Shown: positions 12,308 to 24,498 of the stretch, piece after piece
How the letters are laid out: every line of letters starts with the position of its first letter
How positions within the stretch are numbered: position 1 is the first letter of the stretch
DNA from: Lophium mytilinum
Taxonomy: Eukaryota
DNA length: 64,000 bases
Assembly: GCA_010093605.1 (NCBI GenBank)
Contig: MU004197.1
Coordinates: 1,302,001-1,366,000 of the forward strand
Direction of reading: 5' to 3'
The notes under the pieces: model-generated
Database searches by the model: none
Seen by the model: only the letters and a program-made list of their open reading frames with translations
Told to the model about the DNA's origin: nothing
Position numbers and translations under genes: made by a program

Positions 12308-13380
12308 TATGAAAGCTTTGTAATGCGTAGAATTGACGATGGCAGGATTCGCAAAGTCTTTGGCACAGCTCTAAGTCCGCACTCCGGTTGCTCGACTTTT
12401 GATCGAAATCGCTAAGATTGAGCCGCAGTTCTAGTTCGCGAGACTTGGATGGCTTGCTTTGGGCCCAGCGGGCGACTTTTCAAGCCGTTTGTAGACGCAG
12501 TTCGAAGTGTTTTAACGGGCTTGCCGTGCTGGAAGTTACTGGCAGACCGCAGCGCAAATGGCGCCTCGCCGCTGATGCAGGATACAGGTGCTTGAAAACA
12601 GAGGTTCGGATCTAATAGTTCGGCGTCTAAAACTGTTACTTGAGTCCCAGCGAAGTCGAGTCCTCCTCTAGATTTGTACTGTGATTTGACTAGCAAGGCT
12701 GAGAATCCTGTGAGACTGTTCTACTGTTTTGCGTGACGACCTGCGTGAGCCGCATATCTAGGCCACTGTTTCTTTAGTAGGAGAACACTAAAATAGCTTC
12801 AGGTAACGGCAGCCCAGATGTTCCAATCTGCATACTATGAATGCCACATGAGGGGTATTTGTTTAGTCCGTCTTGAAAACGACAAAACTGGTAAGGTCCA
12901 AAATTCAGGCGAATCAGGCTACAATACTGTTCCAGATCCGGCGAAATCCTTGGATTACAGTTCATCGTGCAGGCCAAAATGCAGCCATAGATGCAGAGCA
13001 GGTCACACTGAAGCAGATCTTTGGGGCGCAGCTCGGCTCCTTGGGCGCTATACCTGCACGCCAAGATGCGACGCACCTATAGAGACTGGATGTTTTTCCG
13101 GTGAACATGCGGGCTCCTAAATAAAGAAAATCGGGCGTGACAAAGTTCAAACGAGACAAGGTCTGGTGCGTCTCAACCCGGGGACTACTTACTAGCAAGA
13201 AGCGGACATACGCCGGAGAATCCTGAAGGTAGCTATCAGACTGGATTCTGGGGAGGACTTGAAGCATTCGCTGCTGTTGTTTTGAATTCTGCTCGCTCTA
13301 TTCATGCTCAGCTTCAGTCGATTCTAGGAGCAGCTCTATTCATCATGGCGCACCAAAGTCGCCGTGAAGGCTTCCGACCT

Positions 13381-13871
13381 ATGACCTTCCTCGCGACAAC
13401 GTTCCTCATCCATCTCTTTCTTGTCGTTCCCATAACTTTGGCAGCAGACTGCTACGGCGACCACTCCGGTCCCCACCCCCTCGTCGAATACACTTGGGAA
13501 ATCCGCCAAAGTGTCTGCGGAGACGGCATCTGCAACGACCAATTCGACTCTCTGGGTGCCAGGACCGCTTGCATCATGTACATGCCAATCGGCTCTTCGC
13601 AAATGCTGACGCTTCAAGTCAGCGACACGACCGGGCAATATGCAAACTGGTAAGAATAGAAAGCTCTCGAAGAGAATGACTGGGCTGATGTTGTCATAGC
13701 TGGGATGCTACGCAGAATATCATCGAGCTGTGCTTTCGTGCAAGTGGGAATCCGGTGGATATAAATACGGAGATAATAGGAGACTGGCAGCTTGGTTCGG
13801 AGGCCTATGTGATGTATTTGTATGATGCGGACAATGATCATGAGGACGGGGCGTTTGATGTGGAGTCGTAG
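13381..13871 (+). CDS. Small secreted Cys-containing protein; exons 13381-13649 and 13700-13871
   Basis: Signal peptide MTFLATTFLIHLFLVVPITLA; GTAAGA...CTGAT...TAG intron gives YANCWDATQNIIELC; 6 Cys. Confidence 0.8.
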
Positions 13872-15053
13872 CCACAGATGATGAGATGGCGGAGACCTAA
13901 AGACTCGGGTCGAGTATATAGGATTGGGTTCTAATGTCGGGAAGAGAACAGCTAGACTTCTTACTGCTGGATCCTGATTTCTCTAGATTCAATCTGACCT
14001 TTCGAGCTCCAATGCACCCAGTTTGGCGTGGACGAGATGTTCGATCTTGAAGCCCCCCTATTCTAGGCGGAATGCAGACTTCCTACGCCCGGGTCGCGGA
14101 GTGGCTCGAGCAAGGTGGGGTTTCTGCATCCCAACCTCATCTCGTCAACTCTCGCGCTTCAATGACAGCTGCCCTATTCCAGACTACTATTACCTTGTAT
14201 AGACCATACCTTGCGGATATGATATAGTGATGTTGCACATCACTAGCTTGGTTGCTGCCGCCTAGCTTGTCTACGGGTAGACCAGCCTTGAGGTGACGAT
14301 GAGATTGATGACCTGGGAAGCCTCTATGAAGGTTGAAATGATGATAGAAGATAAAGATACCCCGGGGAATACTACAGTATGTATGTAACTTGGGAATTGC
14401 GGCACCCGTATGCTGTATGGAGCAAAGTAGAACGATGGAGCAAAAATCAACTTCAGCAAAGGCCGGAACAAGCTCTTGAAAGCCATGTAAGAATGACTAT
14501 GACTGAAAGCGTGATCCCGTGCGTAATATTCTAGACTCTGATATGCTTCTCAAGCCTATTTCGCCTATAGTCCACAATTGGGTAAAAGTGGACGTTGATG
14601 TGTGCCTCCGTGTATACAGCGACTCGGCGGGGCAATGTAAAGCAAGGAACACAAAATTCGATAGGCGTATAAGGGCACCTATTCAAGAATCCCACGTTTC
14701 TTTAATCCGTTAGTGCTCATTTTGTTCATCGGCTGGGCGTTGGGGCTCGCTTGTCCCAGCATTCTCCGTGTAGTGTGGCGGACGATCTCTCCGCTCGTGG
14801 TCTTCTTCTCTTTTGTCTTTAATCACGGTATGTAGGAGGTCCTGATACTACTACAGTATTTCAATTGATCTCTATAGCCCTTTCACAGGCTCGGCGCGGC
14901 TCTGCAAGCGACTCTCTCCCGAGGTCAGCAAACTCGTGACCCGTTTCATTGGCGGGGATTTCCTCTTCCTCACCACCTCACTCCCCACAACTATCTACCA
15001 CACAACATCATCAACTTGCATCACGCCTGAACAATATACCGCGCAACGTCACC

Positions 15054-16559
15054 ATGAGCGGTAGCGACGAGCTCCGTCGGCTCGACCAAGAGCTCCGCCG
15101 TTTGAGCGACGAGAGACTCGACCTTCAGAGAGAGCAAGAATCGGTGGTCAAGCAGATTCAGCCGCTTGAAAAGAAGACTCAAGGTCTATACGCTCAGCAG
15201 CAGCGGCTCGAGCATCGATCGATAGAAATCGCCAATGAGGAACTGGTAAGCAACCCGCTCCCGCTGTTTGGCGATGGTCATCGAGGCAGGATATACGATC
15301 TCGTGAATCCCAAACACATCCAACGCAAAATGCCTAGCTCAAATGTCTTGTTACGTTACCACAATACGCTAATGGCCGTGCTCTAGGCCATTCGTCAGCA
15401 ACGTATGGTAATCCTTACCAAGTTCAACCCCAAACTGGATATCGTCCCAGCAGGCCAGAGTTCGGCGCAAGAGACCTCCACCAAAGCAACGGCATCAAAG
15501 TCAGTCAAGAAGCCTCGCCCGACTTCAAAGGCTCGTGGAAAGGCCAAATCAGGCCCTGCTTCAGCGTCCGGTCTTCTGCACAATCTCAAGTCTGCAGCTC
15601 CGGCGAACCAGAGCCCGGCGAGCAGTACGCGCTGGAAGACGCGTGGCGGTCTCCTTGCCGCATCTCCAGGCACTCCTCCCACAACGTCGCCTTTCATGCC
15701 GGAAGACCCTGTCGCCAACTCGGCGACGATTTCTCGTAAACGAACGAGGGCTGTTGTCGACCAAGAGCATGAGTCTCCATACATCCCCCGGAAGCGATCG
15801 AATGCCAGGAAAGGTCGCCAGACAATCACATCAATGACGGCTGGCGTGCTTCCGGAAAATCACGAAGCCCCCCATACCCAACCTTCTATTCCCGCAGCAG
15901 CCGCTGAGGAGCCTACCGTCGAGAATTTCACCCACGACTCTTCAAAGTGGCCAACAGTTGTCCTCAAGTACGGACAGCAGAACGGAGGAGAATGGGTTGA
16001 CCTTAGGTGCCCAGAGTGCGGTTGCAACGCTCCTACATCTGGTATCGGTTTCTTCAAAGGAGCGAATGGTATGAAGTTTCATATGATGTCGGCACACAAT
16101 TACAAAGCGACGGAGAGTTTCATCCTTCTGGCCCAGACTCACACTTCATACACCACGGAACAGATCTTTCACCTGAACACCGGAGGACCTCTCGCTCCTA
16201 CGCTGCCGTTGATCCCTGCTATCGGGAAAGCAGGGAAGACGACTGAGAGTGGCGATCGGAAGTCTGGAGGTGGATTGGTGGCGATGGCACCTGCGTCTGA
16301 GAAGACTGGACTCCAAGGTGCCGCGAAGAAGAAGAAAGGGCATGGTTGGAGTGCCGTCACATCCGGGCCTCGCCGAAAGAGCAAGCCTAGCACTCTTGGA
16401 CAGACCCAACTATCGTTCTCCGAGGAAGAAGCCCCACAGCAGAGTGCAGAGAGCGGAGCGGCCTTGGACGAGAGCCAGCATGCGAGGGACAACGACCAAG
16501 AAGCAGCGAATGGACAACACGATGACTCGACTTTGACGGCTCCTATTGACATCCAGTAG
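15054..16559 (+). CDS. Hypothetical protein: N-terminal coiled coil, basic disordered region and an atypical C2H2-like finger; intron about 15246-15387
   Basis: ELRRLDQELRRLSDERLDLQRE coiled coil; LRCPECGCN...GFFKGANGMKFHMMSAH; GTAAGC...CTAAT...TAG intron. Confidence 0.7.
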
Positions 16560-17096
16560 GACGAGCTATTGGACATCGCCCGTGGTTCGAATGAGCCACC
16601 GCATGAAAGCTACTCAAGAGGATCGAATTGATTCGGAGGTTTCATGGGCCGCATTACGGGATGTGGTACAGATGTGGAGTATGATATGGACCCTGGTATG
16701 TTGGTGGGATGTATCAAGGGGCTCAAAATCCCTTTGACAGGTTTGTTTTACCCTGATGCACTCATTGGTGTAGCGTTGGTAGCAAAGGTAATACTGGGAA
16801 AGTACTGTGGGACGGACTCCGGGCATTTTGCCGCAACTTCGACCCACGAATTAAGCACTCATGCCTCCAAAGATTTCAGATAGGAAAACCGAAAAAGAAA
16901 GATTGATCGATCGAGGTTATATGTGATACAGCATAATTCATCAAAGCTTTTAGCAGCCAATGATCGAGAATTGTGACCCCACCTGCGGAGATGTGGAGCC
17001 GACGAGCATAAACAAAACATCGTTTTCAACCCTCAACTTCTCTACTTCTACACTGGCGGTCCCGTTAATACTTGACGTCAAACCACATAGAGCAGG

Positions 17097-18051
17097 ATGG
17101 AATCTAACGATCTTTCAGCCGCAAACCTCTTCAATGTCAACGGTATGGTAGCAGTCGTGACTGGAGGCGGAACAGGTTGGCCATCTCCTTCGTCTTATAT
17201 ATCACCCTAGTAAAGCAACTGTCATCTAAGTTCTATCAGGGATTGGTCTCATGATCGCCAAAGCCCTCGCTGCCAACGGTGCCTCCAAAGTCTACATTAT
17301 TGGCCGTCGCCTCGAGGTCCTCGAAGCCGCTGCTGAGTCTACCAACAGCGACATCATCATCCCATTACAAGGCGACATCACATCTCTCGACTCTCTCCTC
17401 GACATGGCCGCTCGCGTGGAAAAAGATTGCGGCTTCGTCAACCTCGTCGTCGCAAATGCTGGCATCATGGGCCCGCGCCCTCTCAAGCCCGCCGAAGGCC
17501 AACCACCGCCTTCATTGGCAGAGTACCGCGCGCACGCCCTCAAAACTCCCATGGCAGAGTTTACCAACACGTATGCTGTGAATACTACAGGCGTGTACTA
17601 CACCGCCCTCGCCTTCTTGGACCTTTTAGATGCTGCAAATACAAAGCAAAACCTGGGTGCCGACTACCGCAGCCAAGTCATCGCCGTGGGCAGTATCGGC
17701 GGCTTCTCTAGACTGAAGGGCGCCAGCTTTGCGTACAACACGTCTAAAGCAGCGGTCACGCACCTCTTGAAGATGATGGCGACGAGTCTGGTGCCGTACA
17801 AGATTCGTTGCAACGTCTTGGCACCGGGGGTGTTTCCTAGTGATCTATCGGGGTCGTTCATCAATACGCTCGGGGGATCGAGTGGGCCAGGAAGTTTTGA
17901 TCCGAGTTTTATTCCGCATGGGCGCGCAGGCCAGGAGGGTGATATTGCGGGAGCAGTGCTTTTCCTGGTGTCGAAAGCTGGGGCGTACACGAATGGGAGT
18001 GTGGTTGTGGTCGATGGAGGAAGGCTGGGGACGTTGATTTCGACGTACTAG
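17097..18051 (+). CDS. Short-chain dehydrogenase/reductase, 2 exons
   Basis: VAVVTGGGTG|IG across the intron; NAG motif; catalytic YNTSK (YxxxK). Confidence 0.93.
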
Positions 18052-18366
18052 GGGGATTGCGATCAGAGGACGTCGGAGGTGAGGTATAGATGGTGAATGT
18101 CGGAAGTTCGAGGCTCGAAGTGAGACGGGTCGCTGGAAGCTACGGATTGCGACAGGTTACTTTTCTTCATATGACCTTTCCATTTTGTTTGCAACGCGCA
18201 AGGACATGTGGATTTGTCGCTTGACGTTTGTCCTGGTGCTAATACCTCGTCATCTTAACTCTCACCTGTGGTAGCGCAAGCGAAATATCTCACTCTCCTC
18301 CTCCATCTCCTCCTCAGCCAAAACCCCACACTCCCGCAAAGTAACATCCACCGAAATCGTTTCGGC

Positions 18367-19238
18367 ATGAGGGAAACATCTTACAGCCCTCCGTCAGTGA
18401 AGTCTCCATCTTCCTCCTGCTTTCTCAGATACATCACTAACAAACCTCAAGCGGCATCTCAAACACCGACCCTAGAATCCTCGTCCTCATCCTTGACCCT
18501 TCGCCCCACTTCACTAACATCAACTACACGTTCACTTCCTCGCTCAAGAAGTCCTTCCTCGCGCCCTGCTCTCCCAGATTCCACGCCATGATCTCCGACC
18601 CCAACACCACAGAGATCGCCATCGACACCACGGTGCGCATATGGGGTCTCTTCCTCGGATGGCTGTACACGCATGAAATCCGCCTCGACGCTCCTCTATG
18701 GGACAAAGACCAAGACGACAGCAAAAGCATGCCCGACCTCCTCGGACTCTACATGTTCGCCTGCCAATTCGAAGTCTTCGAGCTACGGCGAGACGCCATG
18801 AACTGCTTCCTCTACCGCTTCGGGGGCGGGTGGGTTATGAACGAAAGCACGCTCGCGGGGATAGAGAACGGACTACATCACCAAGACCCGCTGGTCGCGT
18901 TCGCGGTGGCCATGGTGCTGAACTTTATGCCTGGGGTGTCGTATGACACGTGGGCTAAGCTGGGACCCAGGTTCTCGCATACTATCAATGTGTGCAACAA
19001 AGCGCGCGCGGAGAAGGCGTGGTCGGAGAAGGACTTTGTTGTGGAAGATGCTGGGAGGGCGAGGGATCTTGTTCTGAGGGATTGGTGCCAGTGGCACGGG
19101 CATAGGACAAAGGGAGATGGGACATACGAACAGCCCAGGTTGGTGGAAGTATGCGGCGAGGAAACGGATACGCTAAGGAGCATGTGGAAGGCCGAGAAGA
19201 AGGGGAAGTGGCTGAGCAGTGAAAATCGGGAAGTGTAA
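18367..19238 (+). CDS. Divergent BTB/POZ-like protein (paralog 1), short first exon
   Basis: FLGWLYTHEI...LLGLYMFACQFEVFELRRDAMNCFL, a typical fungal BTB C-terminal pattern. Confidence 0.7.
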
Positions 19239-19635
19239 GCGGTCTCATGATGGTGTAGATGGGCGCAGATTAGCTGAGCTCAGCTCCAAGTAGGATAAAA
19301 GCGTGTACCTGATACAGCTTCGCAGTGCCTGCAAAAAGCCCGCAGGACTTGGATGGGATATTCTAAAGTTCTTGTCCATCAAACGCGCGGGGAGCATCTA
19401 ACTTTGATGCTGAGCTAGATAGCTCGATTGCTTCTTCTAACCGTGACTCTAATATTTTCTAGCCCTACCGCTTTGCCCGTCTACCACCGCATCAAGGGCC
19501 CAGAGCCTGCGGACATCTCCGCAATAGAAATGTCACGTGACATATATACCAGCTTCAATCCAATCCCCTCAACTCCACCTCCCACCGGCCCTCCAATCCT
19601 CCAACGCATATGTATAAGCCCTCCTCCCATCTCCA

Positions 19636-20067
19636 TCACGAGCTCTCCACAATCGGCGCCGTCGCCTCCTGATTCATAACAATCGCCAGCCCGGCGGCCG
19701 CGCCAATCGGCATGCTCAACCACCAATACCCCAGCACCAACTCATACCAATCAATCCACACGGTGCCGGTGAAGAACAGCGCGCCCAGCACTGTCGCGAA
19801 GGAGATGGAGAGCACGACGGCCGGCGATGCCGTCTGCATCAGCGGTAGGTCGAACAGCCAGGCGCCCACTATGCCGGCGCCGAGCAGCCCGAGCAATGTG
19901 CCGAAGGAGAGGATGTAGCGCAGCGTCGAAGTTTCGGAGGTGAGGGTTGGGAGCGGGAATTTGGGGTCCGTGACAGCGGCGATGGTGGTGGAGAGCTTGT
20001 GGTCGTCCGTGTTGGTTTCTTTCTCTGAGAGGGGGTGGGAGTCTGTTCGGGCGGGGTTTTGGTCCAT
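19636..20067 (-). CDS. Small membrane protein, about 143 aa, about 3 TM helices
   Basis: MDQNPART start after an A/C-rich leader; hydrophobic segments LLGLLGAGIVGAWLF, VVLSISFATVLGALFF and MPIGAAAGLAIVM. Confidence 0.65.
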   Translation of the reverse strand: MDQNPARTDSHPLSEKETNTDDHKLSTTIAAVTDPKFPLPTLTSETSTLRYILSFGTLLGLLGAGIVGAWLFDLPLMQTASPAVVLSISFATVLGALFFTGTVWIDWYELVLGYWWLSMPIGAAAGLAIVMNQEATAPIVESS

Positions 20068-20573
20068 TTTGGAGGGATTGGGAGGGGTTGTCTGGTTTGG
20101 ATTCGTTTGAGGGCGTGTACCTGGAGATTGGTAGAGATGAATGGGGTGGGGGCGTTGGAGGAAGAGGGAGGGTTGTGAGGTAAGGGCAACCTTGAAAATA
20201 GCTTTGGAGCCAGGAGACGCGACCGCGCAGAAAGCTGGTAAATATCCAATGACGTATGGGCGTGCGCTTGCTGCTTTGTTGGGATCGTCTAGCACTAAGG
20301 TTGTTTTAGTGTTCGGGTGGGTGCAGTAGTGGAGACGCTTGGAAGGGTTTATGGGACATGTGATAGTCACGTGACTACTGAAATGAGGGTCGTGAATGCA
20401 GCGCTCTCGCTTAGCTACAGAATTAGGACGCTGATTTGCTCATATTGTCGCCTAATACATTTCGAGATAAATACATCGCCAGATACAGAGAAACAAGGCT
20501 GGCAGTTCTACATGCACGATACCCAGTACGAACGCTCTACACCTTCGTTCGCTACCCTTTGATAGATCAAGCT

Positions 20574-21374
20574 TCAATCTAACGAAAGTCTGCGGTCCTT
20601 CGCTGGGCTCCACCGCTTTCTCATTGTATCAGTCTCACGTCTACATGCGGTGACTAGCTGCAGATCTCTATACGTTCCATCCTCCTCACGAACGTGGTCA
20701 TGCCATATGCACCAATCTCTCAGCACGAAGCCCCTCGCACCTTCGATGGTTCGGGGAATCATTACTATCTGCTCCGGCCTCGTCGTACTGTAGCGATAGC
20801 AAGCGTATTTGAACTGATCGCTCAACTTCTTCCATGTCTGGCTCTCATATGATATCCGCGGCATGAAAACCATTACCATGAAAACCATGAACTCGGTGAT
20901 AGCCCCGAAAGCTTCATGGCATCGCTCGCCTCGAAACTTATCTACCTCAAGCAGCGCGTTTTCACTCGGAATCCACCTATCCGCGAAGCGCTGGAGGAAG
21001 CAGTTCATAGTATCGCGTTTCAACACTTGAATTTCATCTTTGGAGGCGAAGAAGTAAAGCCCGATGAGAGTGACTTCAGTGTGAGCGATATCTTGATTTT
21101 TGTCCCAAGGGAGTCGAATACTGTTGTTGTGGGTGGTGAGCCAGGTGAGGAACGTTTTGAATACACGCTTGGTAGTCTGGACAGTGATGGAGTTGGGATC
21201 GTTCTCGCCGGGGTTCTCGATAGCGTCGCGAAAAGCTGCAGAACAGCGTATGAATGGTTTTTTGTCGACTTCGATGACATATGGGGGACTATCGGCACAG
21301 TGGGGATCTACTACTGTGACGCTGATCTTGGCATCTTTCCGACGTTGGGAGAGACTTCCAGGTGTGGTGCTCAT
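20574..21374 (-). CDS. Divergent BTB/POZ-like protein (paralog 2)
   Basis: FIRCSAAFRDAI, FKTFLTWL and LIGLYFFASKDEIQVLKRDTMNCFL; closely similar to paralog 1. Confidence 0.72.
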   Translation of the reverse strand: MSTTPGSLSQRRKDAKISVTVVDPHCADSPPYVIEVDKKPFIRCSAAFRDAIENPGENDPNSITVQTTKRVFKTFLTWLTTHNNSIRLPWDKNQDIAHTEVTLIGLYFFASKDEIQVLKRDTMNCFLQRFADRWIPSENALLEVDKFRGERCHEAFGAITEFMVFMVMVFMPRISYESQTWKKLSDQFKYACYRYSTTRPEQIVMIPRTIEGARGFVLRDWCIWHDHVREEDGTYRDLQLVTACRRETDTMRKRWSPAKDRRLSLD

Positions 21375-21741
21375 CTGGTTATGGAGTGCTTTACAGGGCT
21401 GAAAGGTGCGAAGATACGGTAGGTAGTAGAAGGAGAAGAGCGTAGTATATTTAAGATGGTTGCTGCATTGATTGACTAGGGATCACCAAGAAGAAGGATG
21501 TATGTGCTGTACCAAGCGCCGAACGTTAGAGCTCCAAAGACAAACACAAACCGTATTACAACGGCAAGTAAGATTGTCAAACACCCGCAAACCGCAGCAG
21601 CCTTGTGCTCTCCAGAATGAGGACTGATCGGGTATTTCAATCTTGTAACAGTGCCCATTCAATTACTTTCGCCGCCGCTCTTCCAAAATTCCTGACTGAG
21701 GAGTATCACGAATCCGAAGTTTCATTTCATTTCTTGCGGCC

Positions 21742-22704
21742 ATGGGTGAGGTACCAAAATCATACTCCAAAAAACGAAAGCGACCGGTCAAGCAAGACGA
21801 CCAAAAGCCTGAAAGCGAGAGCAAGCTCATGGTTGACTTGCTGGACCCTCAGAAAGACGGAAAGAAGACTACGATCGAATTGCTGCGTACTCCGACCACA
21901 GAAAAGCTTCTCAAAATTGGCGACTCCAGACCTCAATGGACTACCGATAACCATTTGACACTTCCTATGGCATCGATCGCTTTCCCGGGGGTCATGAGTT
22001 GTCTTAAGTACGGCAAATTGCCGAACCGACTCTACGAAGTAGATGATCCAGCAGAACTTGATAAGAGCGATCCGGATGTCGAATTCAAATCTAATCTGGA
22101 GACGCTCTTTGTTGATACCGCGCTCAAGGCGATCTACAGATTTGGGTACGCGTACAAGGACACAATAATCATGCGTATCGTTGTAGACTGCTTCCTTCAG
22201 CGATCGGAATACGGGCTTGGTCCTCTTTTTCATTATGCCATAGAACTGCATGACAGAGGATCGCATAAGGGTGGCGCTCTATCTACCCTTATGCTTTCGA
22301 TGATGATATTTGCTGGGAAAAAGTTGGTATTCAAGAACTGGAAATGGTTCTCGCCCAGCTTCAGTTACCTTGCGCACGCCATGGAGAAACTCCGAGATGA
22401 GGGTATATTGGAATTCGCTGTGCCACAGGATACAGTGGATTTACACAACTTCATCCTGGATGGTTGGTTCTACGGGGAAGATGAAGAGGCCGATCGTCTA
22501 GCTGCTTGTATGCTGGCCTACAGCGAGCGTTTTCACTACGCAGAAAAATTGGAGACTCCGGAATTCAGTGGTTTTCAAGATTGCGATGGATTCTTTGATG
22601 ATTTCGAAATTGATACCCGGCCCATCTATGATACCGACTCGGAGGAAGAAATCGATAACTATAGACCATCCAAAAAAAAGGCTGAACAAAAACGCCTCTT
22701 GTGA
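21742..22704 (+). CDS. Highly divergent BTB-like protein (paralog 3)
   Basis: LKAIYRFGYAYKDTIIMRIVVDCFLQR aligns with the paralog motif; basic NLS-like termini. Confidence 0.6.
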   Translation: MGEVPKSYSKKRKRPVKQDDQKPESESKLMVDLLDPQKDGKKTTIELLRTPTTEKLLKIGDSRPQWTTDNHLTLPMASIAFPGVMSCLKYGKLPNRLYEVDDPAELDKSDPDVEFKSNLETLFVDTALKAIYRFGYAYKDTIIMRIVVDCFLQRSEYGLGPLFHYAIELHDRGSHKGGALSTLMLSMMIFAGKKLVFKNWKWFSPSFSYLAHAMEKLRDEGILEFAVPQDTVDLHNFILDGWFYGEDEEADRLAACMLAYSERFHYAEKLETPEFSGFQDCDGFFDDFEIDTRPIYDTDSEEEIDNYRPSKKKAEQKRLL

Positions 22705-23217
22705 TGACATAGCGACCGATGAAAACCAACGAAATGATCACAATACGAATAATAGCAAACCGAGCAAAGAGGGAAATCGGAAAAGCGGCCAGGAAGGCAC
22801 AAATGAGTTGAAGAGGGTACTGGAGCTGAGGTTCAAGAATAGAAAAGGCGAGGCTGGTTGACACTAGTCTCTGTCAGAAGACAAACAAGATCAGCGCCTT
22901 CAATCTAGCGATGTGGTTGAATGGAGAAGTGTCTATAACTCTAGACTGGAAAGGAGATCACATTAGATGATAGTGGATGAGCGGAGAGCAAATAGGAAAC
23001 TTCCTAGTACTTTCTTGAGACTACGACGTGATTCTTGATTTCTCGATCATCTTGTTTGCCTGCTTGAAACGAAAGCACAAACTCATAGTATGGTGATCAA
23101 ATAGAGCTTCAAGTTACAATCCCATCAGCAGCAGTTGCCACCCTCAAGCAATTCCATACGCTTAGCACGCAGCCAACCTCTCAACGTGCCGGCTTGGATT
23201 TGGCACGAGGTTAAAGC

Positions 23218-24498
23218 ATGGATAATTGTACTCACACCGATGTCGAGATGAAGGATATAGCAAGTGCGCAGAGTGGGAAGCGCAAGAAAAAGAAGCGCAG
23301 AGAGGTTACTCCGCCGTTGGTTCGATCGGAGGCAAAACCTGAACTGAAGAAAGAAGAAGACCTGAGCACCGAAGAGAGGGAATCGAGGAGAGCTAAGAAA
23401 GCGAGAACGGGTCCAATAATCCGCCGACATGAGCCAACACCAATTCGGGACAATGAAATCTACGTTACGGTGGTCGACGACAGAGCCGATACATTCTCGA
23501 CAGTTCTCACTACGATTGATTTCATGGACTTTCAGGATTTCAAAAAGAAGATAGTCATCTCGAAGAGCCGTATCATGGGCCATTCGAAAGAATGCAAAAG
23601 CTGCCCGGCCGTGCATTGGACTTTCAGATATGGAGAGGATGCGTATCACTCGTTTGTGTACTGGCTTGAAAAGAAGAAACTCCCGGAGCACCTGTACGAT
23701 ACGGGCATATTGACTGATTATATCTGGGATGATGAAATGGAGGACGTCGACAGAGAGTTGATCAACCTTTGGGATTGTGCGCGGGAATACAAGTTAGAAG
23801 GCCTTAAGCGCAATGTGCTAAAGTGTCTTCTTCGTCGAATGGAACGCGGGAGACCCTTATCCCGGGGTATCTGTTATTTCCAATTACGAGAATGGACCAT
23901 CAGAAATAGGATGGTCGTCTCACAAGACCCCTTGCGAGAGTTTCTTGTTCCCATGGTGTACTGGTACCGGAGAAAAATTCTGCCTCACGAGTGGAACATT
24001 ATCTCAAACAGGTTCAAATACCTCAAGTACAGGATGACTCAAGATGTGTGTAGGAGGGGGAAGCGGGAGAGGGACTTCGATTCCCCGCATCTTAAGAAAT
24101 CCTTGAGAGATGTTATTGTGGACAATTGGTTTGAGTGGAGCTGTGGCCGGGTTGATGGCATGTTCACTTGGACTGCCAACATTCTGGCCAACGACATGTA
24201 TGACTATATGAACTTGATAAATCATTTGCGGGAGAACAGGATTGTAGTCCTAAGGTTCCGTGGAGCCGAAGCAAGAGAGCAGTTGCGCAAGTATCCCCCA
24301 GAGAAAAATCGTAATGACGACGACGAAGAGAAAGCGGAGGACATGGAGACGGACGATGGAGATTGTCATTCTCAACCTCGAGCGCTCCAAGACCAAGTTG
24401 AAGAGAGAGGTATGAGCAAGGAAACTGATCAAGCGAGGGATTCTGGAAGCTCTTTCACGTTTACTCGAGCATTAGTGTTGCGGCCTAAGGCAGTCTGA
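23218..24498 (+). CDS. Divergent BTB-like protein (paralog 4) with basic N-terminus
   Basis: AYHSFVYWLE...LINLWDCAREYKLEGLKRNVLKCLLRR; KRKKKKRR NLS-like segment. Confidence 0.62.
   Translation: MDNCTHTDVEMKDIASAQSGKRKKKKRREVTPPLVRSEAKPELKKEEDLSTEERESRRAKKARTGPIIRRHEPTPIRDNEIYVTVVDDRADTFSTVLTTIDFMDFQDFKKKIVISKSRIMGHSKECKSCPAVHWTFRYGEDAYHSFVYWLEKKKLPEHLYDTGILTDYIWDDEMEDVDRELINLWDCAREYKLEGLKRNVLKCLLRRMERGRPLSRGICYFQLREWTIRNRMVVSQDPLREFLVPMVYWYRRKILPHEWNIISNRFKYLKYRMTQDVCRRGKRERDFDSPHLKKSLRDVIVDNWFEWSCGRVDGMFTWTANILANDMYDYMNLINHLRENRIVVLRFRGAEAREQLRKYPPEKNRNDDDEEKAEDMETDDGDCHSQPRALQDQVEERGMSKETDQARDSGSSFTFTRALVLRPKAV

Noticed and set aside
12400..13270. Several overlapping ORFs of 65-101 aa
   Set aside because: No motif or convincing gene structure on either strand
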